Source: a virus (lineage: Duplodnaviria; Caudoviricetes). Taken from it: a DNA stretch of 64,000 bases. The notes under the pieces are model-generated. The model searched no databases. It had not been told where the DNA came from and was given only the letters and a program-made list of their open reading frames with translations. This document shows positions 51,076-60,771 of this stretch, in pieces. A program made the translations under genes and the position numbers. The stretch lies in the IMG/VR virus record IMGVR_UViG_3300028797_000093. One strand, written 5' to 3'. Position 1 is the stretch's first letter. Each line of letters opens with the position of its first letter.

Positions 51076-51603
51076 TTACTTCTTGAACAAGGAGTCTATC
51101 CATTCTTGTTCATCTTTTCTCTTAATAGCATAATTCCCATGACCATTAGACAAAGAAGATCCATAAGGTTTACGTGCTCTTAAATCTTTCACTTCTCCAT
51201 CTGTTGAATAGTAATAACTATCAGTTACGTATTTATGGATAATACTACGTATCATTTCTTCATACTTATCTTCATTATTATCATCCATAGCATCTATATC
51301 TACAAAATATACATCAACAATATATGGATTCTTTCTAAATTCTTTAATCTCAGTATATGCTTCTTCTATAGTATCATATTCTATAGAAGTTTTTCCATTC
51401 TCTATACAGTGATCCAAATACTTCTGCATTAGTTCAGAGAATAGTCTTTTATATTTTGATTCATATAACTTAATTGGAATATAATTAATAGTCTTATTAA
51501 TCATTCCAACAGCTACTAAATTACCATTCTTTTTAAATAGAAGAGTATAATACATGCTACTTGGGTATTTTGGTTCATGATCTATCTCAATATACTCTGC
51601 CAT
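51076..51603 (-). CDS. Hypothetical protein
   Basis: 175-aa ORF, AAGGGGA RBS. Confidence 0.65.
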   Translation of the reverse strand: MAEYIEIDHEPKYPSSMYYTLLFKKNGNLVAVGMINKTINYIPIKLYESKYKRLFSELMQKYLDHCIENGKTSIEYDTIEEAYTEIKEFRKNPYIVDVYFVDIDAMDDNNEDKYEEMIRSIIHKYVTDSYYYSTDGEVKDLRARKPYGSSLSNGHGNYAIKRKDEQEWIDSLFKK

Positions 51604-51625
51604 TGATATTCTTATCCCCTTTATA

Positions 51626-52822
51626 TTAAATTTTACCAGCTAACACTTTCTTTAGCTTGTCAATTGTAATAAAGTCTTCTCCTTTATTATAATTTACAAA
51701 CATAACAAATTTTGTATACTCATCTATGGATGGATCTAAAAGAAATCCCATATTAGAGTATTTATCATTAATGTCTTCAGTCATATTAATTACTTCTCTA
51801 TTTCTTTTATCATAAGAATTTTCTTTAAATGAGAAATACTTGTTATTCTTATAGTAATCTCTCACTACAAGTTCTGTTTCTGTAGGTATACCTGTAAATA
51901 CTATTCTTATATAATCTATTCCATTTGTTTTTAGATTATTTAGATAATTAATAATCTCATTAGGATCTCTATGCTTAAGATAGCTAATCTCTATTGTAGA
52001 ATAGAGAAAAGACTTTATAGGTTCAAAGTGTACATAGTGAGAATGATTATCAAGATTATGAAATAGTATCATAAATCCTTTCTCTTCTTCTTCACCATGT
52101 TGGAATCTTATTGGATTAGAAGTATAGTACATATACTTCTCTAGACACATAGCTTTATGCACATGTCCAGCTATAATAGGTCCATTACAGTTAGTAAAAT
52201 GATCAAGACAAAATACAGGTGTTTTAGGACTATCCAAAGTAGGAATATCTGCTCCATAGATAGATCCTTTAATGGTTCCATGTATATAAGCTTCATCATA
52301 TTCACCATTATGATACAATAGATGAGTATAGTAGCTAGAAGGTCTACCATGTTCTTCAGGAATACATAGTATCTTAGCTCCCTTAACATGAATAAACTGA
52401 GCAAATTCTATTATACGAATATCAACGGATGGATCTAATTGATAATGATAAAATAGAGATAGCTGATCAGCATCATGACTTGGAGTTCCTGCTATAATAA
52501 TAAGAGTAGCATTCTTAATTCTGCATAGATTGACACATTGTTCTAAGAACATCAATCCATACTGAATAGTATCAGAAGAAGATGGGAATTTCTTATGAAA
52601 GAAATCTCCATCTATAGATAATATATCAAAGTTTATGTTTACTATTCTATTTATAAATTGATTGATGAGAATATTATATTCTTCCAATGCTGTACAAGCA
52701 GGTAAACCGAAATGAATATCGGCTATATGAACAGAGGTTAATATACCTCTTGTATATATGAATGGAGAAGTATCTCCTATAGGCTTTAGTGGATCTATTA
52801 GTTCTTCTCTATCCATCAGCAT
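51626..52822 (-). CDS. Mre11/SbcD-like metallophosphoesterase nuclease
   Basis: HIADIHFG, DGDFFH, GTPSHD, HG, GHVH. Confidence 0.85.
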   Translation of the reverse strand: MLMDREELIDPLKPIGDTSPFIYTRGILTSVHIADIHFGLPACTALEEYNILINQFINRIVNINFDILSIDGDFFHKKFPSSSDTIQYGLMFLEQCVNLCRIKNATLIIIAGTPSHDADQLSLFYHYQLDPSVDIRIIEFAQFIHVKGAKILCIPEEHGRPSSYYTHLLYHNGEYDEAYIHGTIKGSIYGADIPTLDSPKTPVFCLDHFTNCNGPIIAGHVHKAMCLEKYMYYTSNPIRFQHGEEEEKGFMILFHNLDNHSHYVHFEPIKSFLYSTIEISYLKHRDPNEIINYLNNLKTNGIDYIRIVFTGIPTETELVVRDYYKNNKYFSFKENSYDKRNREVINMTEDINDKYSNMGFLLDPSIDEYTKFVMFVNYNKGEDFITIDKLKKVLAGKI

Positions 52823-53361
52823 ACACCCAACATATGCATTCTATATTCTTCTTCTTGCTCTATACAATAAGTATTATTCTTTTTATAATAAGAAGTAACC
52901 AGAGGAATAAACTTATCCCATATAATAGATATAATATTATCGAGAAGAATATCATCATACTCTGTTTTAAATGATGCCCATTGACCAAGCTTAAACTCTA
53001 GTTCTGCAACTTTAGAATTAGATTCTACTTTCTTCATAGAGATAGTAATATGCTGATCTTTCTCATTAAGAGTACAATTGATCTCCATATTATGATCTTT
53101 ATCTATGATATTAAATCTAGTCTTACCAACACCAAACTCTCCATCAGACCAAAATCCAGATTCTCTGGTATTATTATAGAAGTAAGTGTATTCTATAATA
53201 TTAAGAAAGTCAGAGATATCCCATAGATCTTGAAACCCAGGAGAACTGTGTTTTAATTGATCCATAGTATCAGAGAAGCTATAGTAATGCTTCTTTGCTT
53301 GTTTTCTGTTCTTTTCATCAATATTTCTAGCGTCCCAAATCCATTTAATGAATCTATTCAT
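52816..53361 (-). CDS. Hypothetical protein
   Basis: Probable start MNRFIK after GGAGAGGG. Confidence 0.6.
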   Translation of the reverse strand: MNRFIKWIWDARNIDEKNRKQAKKHYYSFSDTMDQLKHSSPGFQDLWDISDFLNIIEYTYFYNNTRESGFWSDGEFGVGKTRFNIIDKDHNMEINCTLNEKDQHITISMKKVESNSKVAELEFKLGQWASFKTEYDDILLDNIISIIWDKFIPLVTSYYKKNNTYCIEQEEEYRMHMLGVC

Positions 53362-53992
53362 TCGTCCCTCTCCATATAAATCGTAATAGTTTATTATTTT
53401 CCATAATGATTTTCTTAGTCTCATCTATATAATATTTAAAGAAGATTTTTATTACTTCATTCATTTTATCATTTGCTGCAGAGAAGTGTTTAGCTGATTT
53501 AGTATATAGATTATCCTTATAAGGATCTAGCTTAAGAGAGTTAATAAAAGTTTTACTCTCATGAATTTCTTTATTAGGATATATCTTTGTATATTCAAAT
53601 CTAATCTCTCCAGGAGATGTATTTGGATATATAGAATATTCATATAAGATATCTGGTTCTTCATTATTTGATTTAATTAAATAAGATATCTTAAAGAAAT
53701 CGAGTTTTCTTTTTTCATATTGATCATAAAATAGTATATGATCTTTACCCATTTTATGCTCTATATCAATTCCATTGGGAACAATCAAAATAAAATTAAT
53801 AAAGTTATACAAGAACTGATAAGTTACTGGTTCTTGATTCTTTATAATATTATCATCAATAAACTTCTTAAGCTTATGATAATTATAAAGAGTTTTGATA
53901 ATAGATTTACGACTAATAATAGATTTACGAGTAGATGCTATTATAGAAGCTTTTTGCTCTAATATAGTTTTGAATAGATCTATAGACATCAT
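53354..53992 (-). CDS. Hypothetical protein
   Basis: 212-aa ORF, AAGGGGTG RBS. Confidence 0.65.
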   Translation of the reverse strand: MMSIDLFKTILEQKASIIASTRKSIISRKSIIKTLYNYHKLKKFIDDNIIKNQEPVTYQFLYNFINFILIVPNGIDIEHKMGKDHILFYDQYEKRKLDFFKISYLIKSNNEEPDILYEYSIYPNTSPGEIRFEYTKIYPNKEIHESKTFINSLKLDPYKDNLYTKSAKHFSAANDKMNEVIKIFFKYYIDETKKIIMENNKLLRFIWRGTNE

Positions 53993-54005
53993 CTATTACA
54001 CCCCT

Positions 54006-54725
54006 TTAGCCAAATAAACGATTAAACCATCCTTCTGTATATATAGTATTATAATAGCAATAAACCATAGATAGAAAAGTTCTATAGCAATTCTCTATAA
54101 AAATATAATGGTCTCCTATAGTGAAGTCTAATACATATTCTTCATATGCAGGAGTTTTCTTATCTAAATGAAGAACTAACACTCCATCTATTACTAAACC
54201 AAAGAGTTCAAACATTAAAGCTCTATAAGCAGATAGTTGTAAGAAGTGATTGATTCTAACCTTATTACTGGTTTTATAATCTACTATAAATACTCTATCA
54301 TTAACAGAGATTAATAGATCACAAGTACCTCCAAAAGAAGATCCTATAAGAGGTTCTTCTATCTTTAATACTTCTACTTTATTTTTTGATTTGATATAAT
54401 TATACCAATTAATAAATCCTTGGAGAGGTATATTATTAGGGCTTTGTATACCTGTCTTTAAATAGATCTCTATAGCTTCATGAGTATTAGTTCCTATACT
54501 TGCAGCTTTATCTAATTCATCTCTATATCTTAGTCTTCTAAATCCCAAACTATTAGCCCAGTGTATAATAGCTTCCTGATCTGAACAATAACTGATAATA
54601 TCAGTAACCCTGGGAACATACTTTCCATCTTTATTCATATAATGAGCTTTACCATCTATATTATCAGTACTAAAGTCTATTGATTTAATAGCTCTAGTAA
54701 TATCTTCTTTATCTACAATATCCAT
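54006..54725 (-). CDS. PD-(D/E)XK exonuclease (Cas4/RecB-like)
   Basis: PRVTDII, GTNTHEAIE, GGTCDLL, IVDYKTS, QLSAY. Confidence 0.8.
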   Translation of the reverse strand: MDIVDKEDITRAIKSIDFSTDNIDGKAHYMNKDGKYVPRVTDIISYCSDQEAIIHWANSLGFRRLRYRDELDKAASIGTNTHEAIEIYLKTGIQSPNNIPLQGFINWYNYIKSKNKVEVLKIEEPLIGSSFGGTCDLLISVNDRVFIVDYKTSNKVRINHFLQLSAYRALMFELFGLVIDGVLVLHLDKKTPAYEEYVLDFTIGDHYIFIENCYRTFLSMVYCYYNTIYTEGWFNRLFG

Positions 54726-54846
54726 ATAATAGAAATCCTTTCTATATAGATTTATTATTATTATTCATACGTTGATCATATATTATTTAACCAATTTTAT
54801 GATTAAATAAGAGAGTAGTCCATAATATGACTACTCTCCATTATAT

Positions 54847-55524
54847 TTATTTATTCTTTACCAGTAATTCACTAAATGATTTAATAGACATAATACCCAT
54901 AGTCTCTATATCATTTTTAGTATAATCACTGGTAGAAGATCTTATAGCACAAGCTCTCATTTTAAGATCAATAGCAGCTGTTAGCATAGCTTTATGATCA
55001 TCTATAACCATACAGTTACTATATGGGATATTAAGATTATCAGCTATATATTTTAACTTATCTCCATAAGTATCTTTAGTAGCATTATCTGCTATGATCT
55101 CATAATAATCATTATACCATCCAAGATATTTATTATTCTCTTCATTATCAAATACTTTCTTAAGATTACTAAAGCTATTAGTAGTACAAATAGCTTGTTT
55201 AATAAAGATGTCTCTAAGATACTGACTGTATTGCATAAAGCAAGAATCTATTGTAGTAGAATTATTATAAGCATCATTATAATACTTATTTAGAATCTCT
55301 TGAAACTCTTCTTCTGTATATGGTAGCTTATATTTATTTCTCAATACATAGCATAACTGCTGTCTATTACAATCAGAAAAACAGTTAGCAGGTATTTTTG
55401 CTTTGCTATTTGATTGGAATATATTTAATAGAAAATTCTTAAATAACTTGGTCGTATCAACCATAACCCCATCAAACCCAAATATAATAAGCTCAACAGG
55501 AATTATATAATTTAAAATATTCAA
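54847..55524 (-). CDS. HAD-superfamily phosphatase-like protein with a degenerate motif I
   Basis: IIFGFDGVMVDT, AICTTN, CMVIDD...AAIDLKM. Confidence 0.7.
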   Translation of the reverse strand: MNILNYIIPVELIIFGFDGVMVDTTKLFKNFLLNIFQSNSKAKIPANCFSDCNRQQLCYVLRNKYKLPYTEEEFQEILNKYYNDAYNNSTTIDSCFMQYSQYLRDIFIKQAICTTNSFSNLKKVFDNEENNKYLGWYNDYYEIIADNATKDTYGDKLKYIADNLNIPYSNCMVIDDHKAMLTAAIDLKMRACAIRSSTSDYTKNDIETMGIMSIKSFSELLVKNK

Positions 55525-55584
55525 ATTATAATACCTCCATTAATATATTGAGATTATTATAATGTGACGAGTTATAGCCATATA

Positions 55585-55879
55585 TATAAAGCTACGAGTA
55601 CTACATATGCTTTTCGTGGTGGTAGCTCTTATAATGGACTCTATTGTGGTTTTGTTTATATTAATCTCTACTACTCTGGTAATACCAGTTGGCATGTTGG
55701 CGCCGCCCTATCATTTAAACTATAGTATAAAAATATCCATATATAAAGCTACGAGTACTACATATGCTCTTCGTGGTGGTGGATGTAGCAATGGCTTTAG
55801 TTGTGGTTTCGCCTTTGTTGGCTTTGGTAACGCCTCAGGGTCGGCCTATTGGTTCTTTGGCGCCGCCCTATCATTTAAA
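55585..55879 (+). repeat. VR-like cassette array D, two cassettes: 55585-55719 and 55742-55879
   Basis: Both begin TATAAAGCTACGAGTACTACATATGCT and end GGCGCCGCCCTATCATTTAAA; D1 lacks one codon. Confidence 0.95.
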
Positions 55880-56582
55880 TTAAAGGATCAAAAGGTGTAT
55901 TTAAATACTCATTAAACTCTTTTTCTCCACCAGAAAATCCATATATATTATAATATTCTTTAAGACATTTTTCACAAATAGGAACAGCATTTTTTGGATC
56001 AGAAAATTTACTTGGGTCAACTGAAAAGGATACAATATGATGAGTCTTAATATCTTCAGTAGTTCCGCAATGAATACAACGAAATAAAGTTTTGTTATAT
56101 TCTTTTATTGTTTTATATTCTTTAGATCCTTCCAATTTATGTCTTAGATCTGTTACTCCGCCTTTCCAATTAGGATGGTTTTCACCAACTTGAATTTTTG
56201 ACAATTCTTCAAAATGTTTACGTGATTTATCTTTTAATAAACAACCACAGGATTTTGTTTCACCAGATTTTAAATAATAATTAAAGTATTCTTTTATATT
56301 ACCACATTCACATTCACAAATAGAGTATCCTGGTCTTTCACTGTGGCCAATAACAGTAAGTCTTCCATACTTATCTCCTATAGTAAGATATTTTCTTTGC
56401 TTTTCTAATAGAGCACAAGCTTGACATTTCTGATGACCATTTCTCTCTAATTGATATTTTGTGGATGTGAATTCTTTACCACAACTATCGCAAATTACAG
56501 TTAAAGGTATCATAGAATTTCTTTTCAAATCTTTATATTCTACGAGTTCACCTTTAAACATTACATATTTATCTTTTAGCAT
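55875..56582 (-). CDS. HNH homing-endonuclease-like protein
   Basis: GDKYGRLTVIG..CECECGN..KSCGC, GENHPNWKGG, and C-terminal CIHC..HHI..N..ICEKC. Confidence 0.75.
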   Translation of the reverse strand: MLKDKYVMFKGELVEYKDLKRNSMIPLTVICDSCGKEFTSTKYQLERNGHQKCQACALLEKQRKYLTIGDKYGRLTVIGHSERPGYSICECECGNIKEYFNYYLKSGETKSCGCLLKDKSRKHFEELSKIQVGENHPNWKGGVTDLRHKLEGSKEYKTIKEYNKTLFRCIHCGTTEDIKTHHIVSFSVDPSKFSDPKNAVPICEKCLKEYYNIYGFSGGEKEFNEYLNTPFDPLI

Positions 56583-56831
56583 CTTTATTATTTCCTTTCA
56601 TATAGATTTCTATTAGTTACCAGTTAAAATTTAAATAATTATTTAAACTTCAACAATACTTCCTGTTATTCTAACTTTTTTGACTATGCTTATAATTTAA
56701 CCCAATAATGTCAACAAAATAATATTAGTAGATTCTATATACTCTGTATTAGTCTAAGAAAGAGGTAATAATTATGAAGACATTTATCTTTACTATTAGA
56801 CTTAGGTTTATCTACTAATTTAGAGGAGGTC

Positions 56832-57101
56832 ATGATAGATATGAGAACTAGTATTGAATTTAAAAATTCTTTAATTGGTAATCTATTTATCATGACTAAT
56901 AGCGTATCCCAGCAACGTGATCTTTTTGAAAAATATTGTAGTTGTTTTGTAAATATTAGTCCCTGGTTCTGCTTCCATAATATTATATACAATAATATTA
57001 TTGGTTGTCTTTCAAGTCTAGTCGTAAGACATCTCAAATACTTGACTAGTGTGTTGATAGCTGGTTTTGAGACTTATTCATCTAAGAATGCCCTAGTGTG
57101 A
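56832..57101 (+). CDS. Small ORF at the DGR accessory-gene position, not recognisably Avd
   Basis: GAGGAGGT RBS, 89 aa, ends 38 nt before TR. Confidence 0.4.
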   Translation: MIDMRTSIEFKNSLIGNLFIMTNSVSQQRDLFEKYCSCFVNISPWFCFHNIIYNNIIGCLSSLVVRHLKYLTSVLIAGFETYSSKNALV

Positions 57102-57139
57102 TGGATAATATGACTTGTAGGTTTTTCTGGGAGGTTACT

Positions 57140-57243
57140 GCTATTCGTGGTGGTAATTCTACAAATGGACTCAATTGTGGTGCTTTCTATGTTAACCTCA
57201 ACAACAACTCTGGTAATACCAACTGGAACAATGGCGCCGCCCT
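57140..57243 (+). repeat. DGR template repeat (TR)
   Basis: 104 bp, 28 adenines, rich in AAC/AAT codons; differs from VR1 and VR2 only at TR adenines. Confidence 0.96.
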
Positions 57244-57486
57244 TTATTCATATCTGGCTTGATATTAGTATTGTATTTTATATATAGTATTGATATTAAG
57301 CTCAACACGTTAATTCCCAGATTAATCTATAGCTCTTGCTAAAAATTAACTTGCAGGGACCATCTGTGAGTAGTTAATCGAAAATGGATGAGAGGATATG
57401 AAAAAAATTATCCTTGATTTATAAAAACAACTATGATATATCTTTGTAGATAGAATATAAATGAAAGGAGGTTAGAGTAGGTTCTT

Positions 57487-58746
57487 ATGAAATCTTACAA
57501 TCATTTATATGAAAAGTATCTTACAGAGGAAAATTGTAAAATAGCACTTTGGAATGGTACTAAAAATAAATCTACTAAGAGAAAGAAGAGTCGAGCAAGA
57601 AAACTTCGTAAAAATAAGAATGTGGAAATTCCAAAGATCTTAGAATATGCTAAGTATGAGAATTTTCATAATTATCCTCATAAGCCTGTACAGATTTATG
57701 ATGGTATAAGAAGAAAAGTACGAGAAATAATTGTTCCAAATGATCATGAACAGGTTGTTCATCATATGATCGTGAATGTTCTGAAGCCTATTCTACTTCC
57801 TAAGTTTTATGAGCATAGTTATGGGAGTATACCAGGTAGAGGCTCTCATAAGGCTAAAAAGGCTATAAAGAAGTGGATTAAGAGAGATCCTTCTAATATG
57901 AAATATTGTCTAAAAATGGATATCAAGAAATACTTTAATAATGTAAATCATGATATCTTAAAACAGATGTTTAAGGATCTCATTCACGATGAAAAGTTCT
58001 TGAGCATAGTCTTCAAGATAATAGATGTGATTCCTGGGAATAAAGGAATCCCATTGGGATTCTATACCAGTCAATGGATAGCAAATATGTATTTGACTGG
58101 TTTGGATCACTTTATCAAGGAAGTTCTAAAGGTTAAGCATTATATAAGGTATATGGATGATATGGTTATCTTTGGTTCTAATAAGAGAATTCTTCATAGA
58201 ATTAGAGAAGCTATTTCCAATTATCTGAAAATAAAGCTTGATCTTGAGCTTAAAGAAAACTGGCAAGTCTTTAGATTTGATTATATAGATAAGAGAGTAC
58301 ATCTTAAGTCTGATAATGTAATTGATGCTAAAGAGTGCTTTGATATGATGAATGGAAACTGTAAGAAAGATCCCACTAAGCCTAGACACCTTGGTAGAGA
58401 TCTTGATTTCATGGGATTTAGATTCTTCAGGGATCGCGTAATTTTAAGAAAGTCTATTATGTTGAAGAGTACGCGCAAGGCCAAGCGTATTGGTAAAAAG
58501 AAAAAGCCTACAATATATGATTGTAGACAAATACTATCTTATCTTGGGTGGATCAAGGCCACTAACGTATATAATATGTACCTAAAGTACATTAAACCTT
58601 ACGTTAACTTCAGAAGATGTAAGAGATACGTTAGCAAATGTGATAGACACAAGAATAAGATACAAAAGATAAATCAAATGTTATATAACAGTTTCTTCCC
58701 AGCTGATATTGATGAAGTTTATCAGTTGTATATAGAAGCTGCATAG
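57487..58746 (+). CDS. DGR reverse transcriptase
   Basis: YCLKMDIKKYF, DGR-type GIPLGFYTSQWIAN, YIRYMDD, LDFMGF; next to TR and VRs. Confidence 0.96.
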   Translation: MKSYNHLYEKYLTEENCKIALWNGTKNKSTKRKKSRARKLRKNKNVEIPKILEYAKYENFHNYPHKPVQIYDGIRRKVREIIVPNDHEQVVHHMIVNVLKPILLPKFYEHSYGSIPGRGSHKAKKAIKKWIKRDPSNMKYCLKMDIKKYFNNVNHDILKQMFKDLIHDEKFLSIVFKIIDVIPGNKGIPLGFYTSQWIANMYLTGLDHFIKEVLKVKHYIRYMDDMVIFGSNKRILHRIREAISNYLKIKLDLELKENWQVFRFDYIDKRVHLKSDNVIDAKECFDMMNGNCKKDPTKPRHLGRDLDFMGFRFFRDRVILRKSIMLKSTRKAKRIGKKKKPTIYDCRQILSYLGWIKATNVYNMYLKYIKPYVNFRRCKRYVSKCDRHKNKIQKINQMLYNSFFPADIDEVYQLYIEAA

Positions 58747-58948
58747 AATATATTTTATATAATATTAAATAGATTAGATAAATTAATCAATATAGAATCT
58801 ACTAATATTATACACTGTAATTAGGCAGTCCTCTTATTATAGAGGACTGCTTGCTTATTTACTCCCATATTAAGTTTTATCAGTTTAACTAATTAAATAA
58901 TATCAATAAAAAGACTCTTTCTATTAAGGAGGTTAAAGTAAATAATAT

Positions 58949-60514
58949 ATGAGCAATGTAAGAAAAGCTATTCTTCTAGATGAAACAGCTCAGGCTATTA
59001 GAGCTGGTATTAAAGAAGCAGCTAGTACTATTGCTGCTGCTATTAGTGGTGATCTTCCTGATGATTATGTACTATATGGTTTTCATATTAATGGTGGAGA
59101 ACCAGATCCTGGTAAAGCGGTAACTTATATTGAAGATGCTGCAGGAATGACTCCAGCAAGAATGGATTATCTAAATAATACTTTTGCATATGGATCTTGG
59201 ATTGATGCTTTCTTTATGCCTCGTCCTTGTATGGTAAAATATGATGGAACTGTGGATTATTATCTAAATCCATATAACTATGATCAAAAAGAAAATGGTG
59301 AACTATCTGACATTGGAGACCCAAATACAGACTATGGTGTTACCTATAATGGTAATGCTATGATGGAATGGGGTTCTAATGATCAGCTTATTTGGACCAA
59401 GGTAGTTCCAGATCCTAATGATCCACTATCTGGTTCTGTTTATATTTCTAATAAAAAAGTAGATGATGACTACACAGCTTGGCCATTTATTAACAATCAG
59501 GGAAATATGGTAAAGCATTTCTATACACCTATTTATAATGGCTCTCTAACTGCTTATACTTATAATTCTACAACTTATTATCGTCTTCGTTCAATTCCTC
59601 GTAGAATTGTTATGAATTCTCCCGGTAATAATACTAGTTATACTATTCCATGGGATGATGGTAGTGCTGGAACTCCTGCTGGTATTGCAAATACAAATGC
59701 TACAGCAGAATGGGCTGTTGCTATGAATAACAATCCCAACATTAACCTGGCTAGCAATGCCAGTATTACTCTTTCTTCTTATAGAGCATCTATGGGTTGG
59801 TTTACCGAAGTCTTCTGTGATATCCAGCTTATCAATAATCTTCTTGTTCTTATTGGTAAGAATCTTGATACACAGTATGTATTCGGTAATGGTAATATGA
59901 ATGGTAACGGTAAAACAGGATATTCTAATAATGGTGTTCTTTATACCGGTGCTCATGAGTATAATACTAGTGGTGTTCCACAGTATGATGTACTTAATCA
60001 AGCAGGTCTTTTCTGGGGTTCTACCAGTGTCCAGCAAGCTGTAAAAGTATTTGGTATGGAAAACTGGTGGGGTAACCAGTATAGAAGATATGCTGGTCAT
60101 ATTAATAAATCTTCTAGCAATACATCCACTTATAACCATTTTATCAAAAATACATTTGGTACTGAAGATGGAAGTAGTGGTACAGGATATACTACAGATG
60201 GTACTGGATATATAGATACTCTTTGTGAAACTCCCGATACTGGATACATTAAAAATTGTAAATTTATTAACGATGTATCCATTGGAAGCAGTACCTACAA
60301 AGTTGGAACATTTTTAGCGAGTGTAACTGGAGGCGGTAGCAGCCAGTTCTTCTGTGATTATTTTTATAAAGCTACGAGTACTGCATATGCTTTTCGTGGT
60401 GGTATTTCTACAAATGGGCTCGCTTGTGGTGCTTTCTATGTTAGCCTCAACAACAGCTCTGGTCGTACCCACTGGAGCATTGGCGCCGCCCTATCATTTA
60501 AACCAGTATCCTAA
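58949..60514 (+). CDS. DGR target protein 1 (Mtd-like CLec-fold, probable receptor-binding protein)
   Basis: FGMENWWGNQ motif; VR encodes the C-terminus ending GAALSFKPVS. Confidence 0.85.
   Translation: MSNVRKAILLDETAQAIRAGIKEAASTIAAAISGDLPDDYVLYGFHINGGEPDPGKAVTYIEDAAGMTPARMDYLNNTFAYGSWIDAFFMPRPCMVKYDGTVDYYLNPYNYDQKENGELSDIGDPNTDYGVTYNGNAMMEWGSNDQLIWTKVVPDPNDPLSGSVYISNKKVDDDYTAWPFINNQGNMVKHFYTPIYNGSLTAYTYNSTTYYRLRSIPRRIVMNSPGNNTSYTIPWDDGSAGTPAGIANTNATAEWAVAMNNNPNINLASNASITLSSYRASMGWFTEVFCDIQLINNLLVLIGKNLDTQYVFGNGNMNGNGKTGYSNNGVLYTGAHEYNTSGVPQYDVLNQAGLFWGSTSVQQAVKVFGMENWWGNQYRRYAGHINKSSSNTSTYNHFIKNTFGTEDGSSGTGYTTDGTGYIDTLCETPDTGYIKNCKFINDVSIGSSTYKVGTFLASVTGGGSSQFFCDYFYKATSTAYAFRGGISTNGLACGAFYVSLNNSSGRTHWSIGAALSFKPVS
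60389..60492 (+). repeat. Variable repeat VR1
   Basis: 12 mismatches to TR, all at TR adenines. Confidence 0.96.
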
Positions 60515-60524
60515 AGAGGGTGAA

Positions 60525-60564
60525 TTCGCGCACATGCGCGAAGAGGGGGAAGACCGTTCCCCCT
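60525..60564 (+). promoter_or_regulatory. Post-VR double hairpin (DGR target-recognition element)
   Basis: TTCGCGC-acat-GCGCGAA and AGGGGGAA-gaccg-TTCCCCCT; identical copy after VR2. Confidence 0.75.
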
Positions 60565-60771
60565 AAAACGACAAACAGTTTGTAATTCCATATAAATGAA
60601 TGGAATTAGGAATTTAAGGGTTATTTTTAGGGTATTTTTGAGTTTGATGAAAATTATTAAAATTTAAAAATACCCTTATAAAATATATGTGTATAGTATA
60701 TATTTATAGTATTTCTCTCTTATTTTTTCTCTCATGAATAATAGTAAAAGGAGGTTCCTTAAGAATATAGT

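Noticed and set aside
57487-58746. RT as a group II intron maturase or a retron
   Set aside because: It has the GxxxSQ DGR motif, adjacent TR/VR pairs with adenine-only mismatches, and no intron domain V or endonuclease domain.
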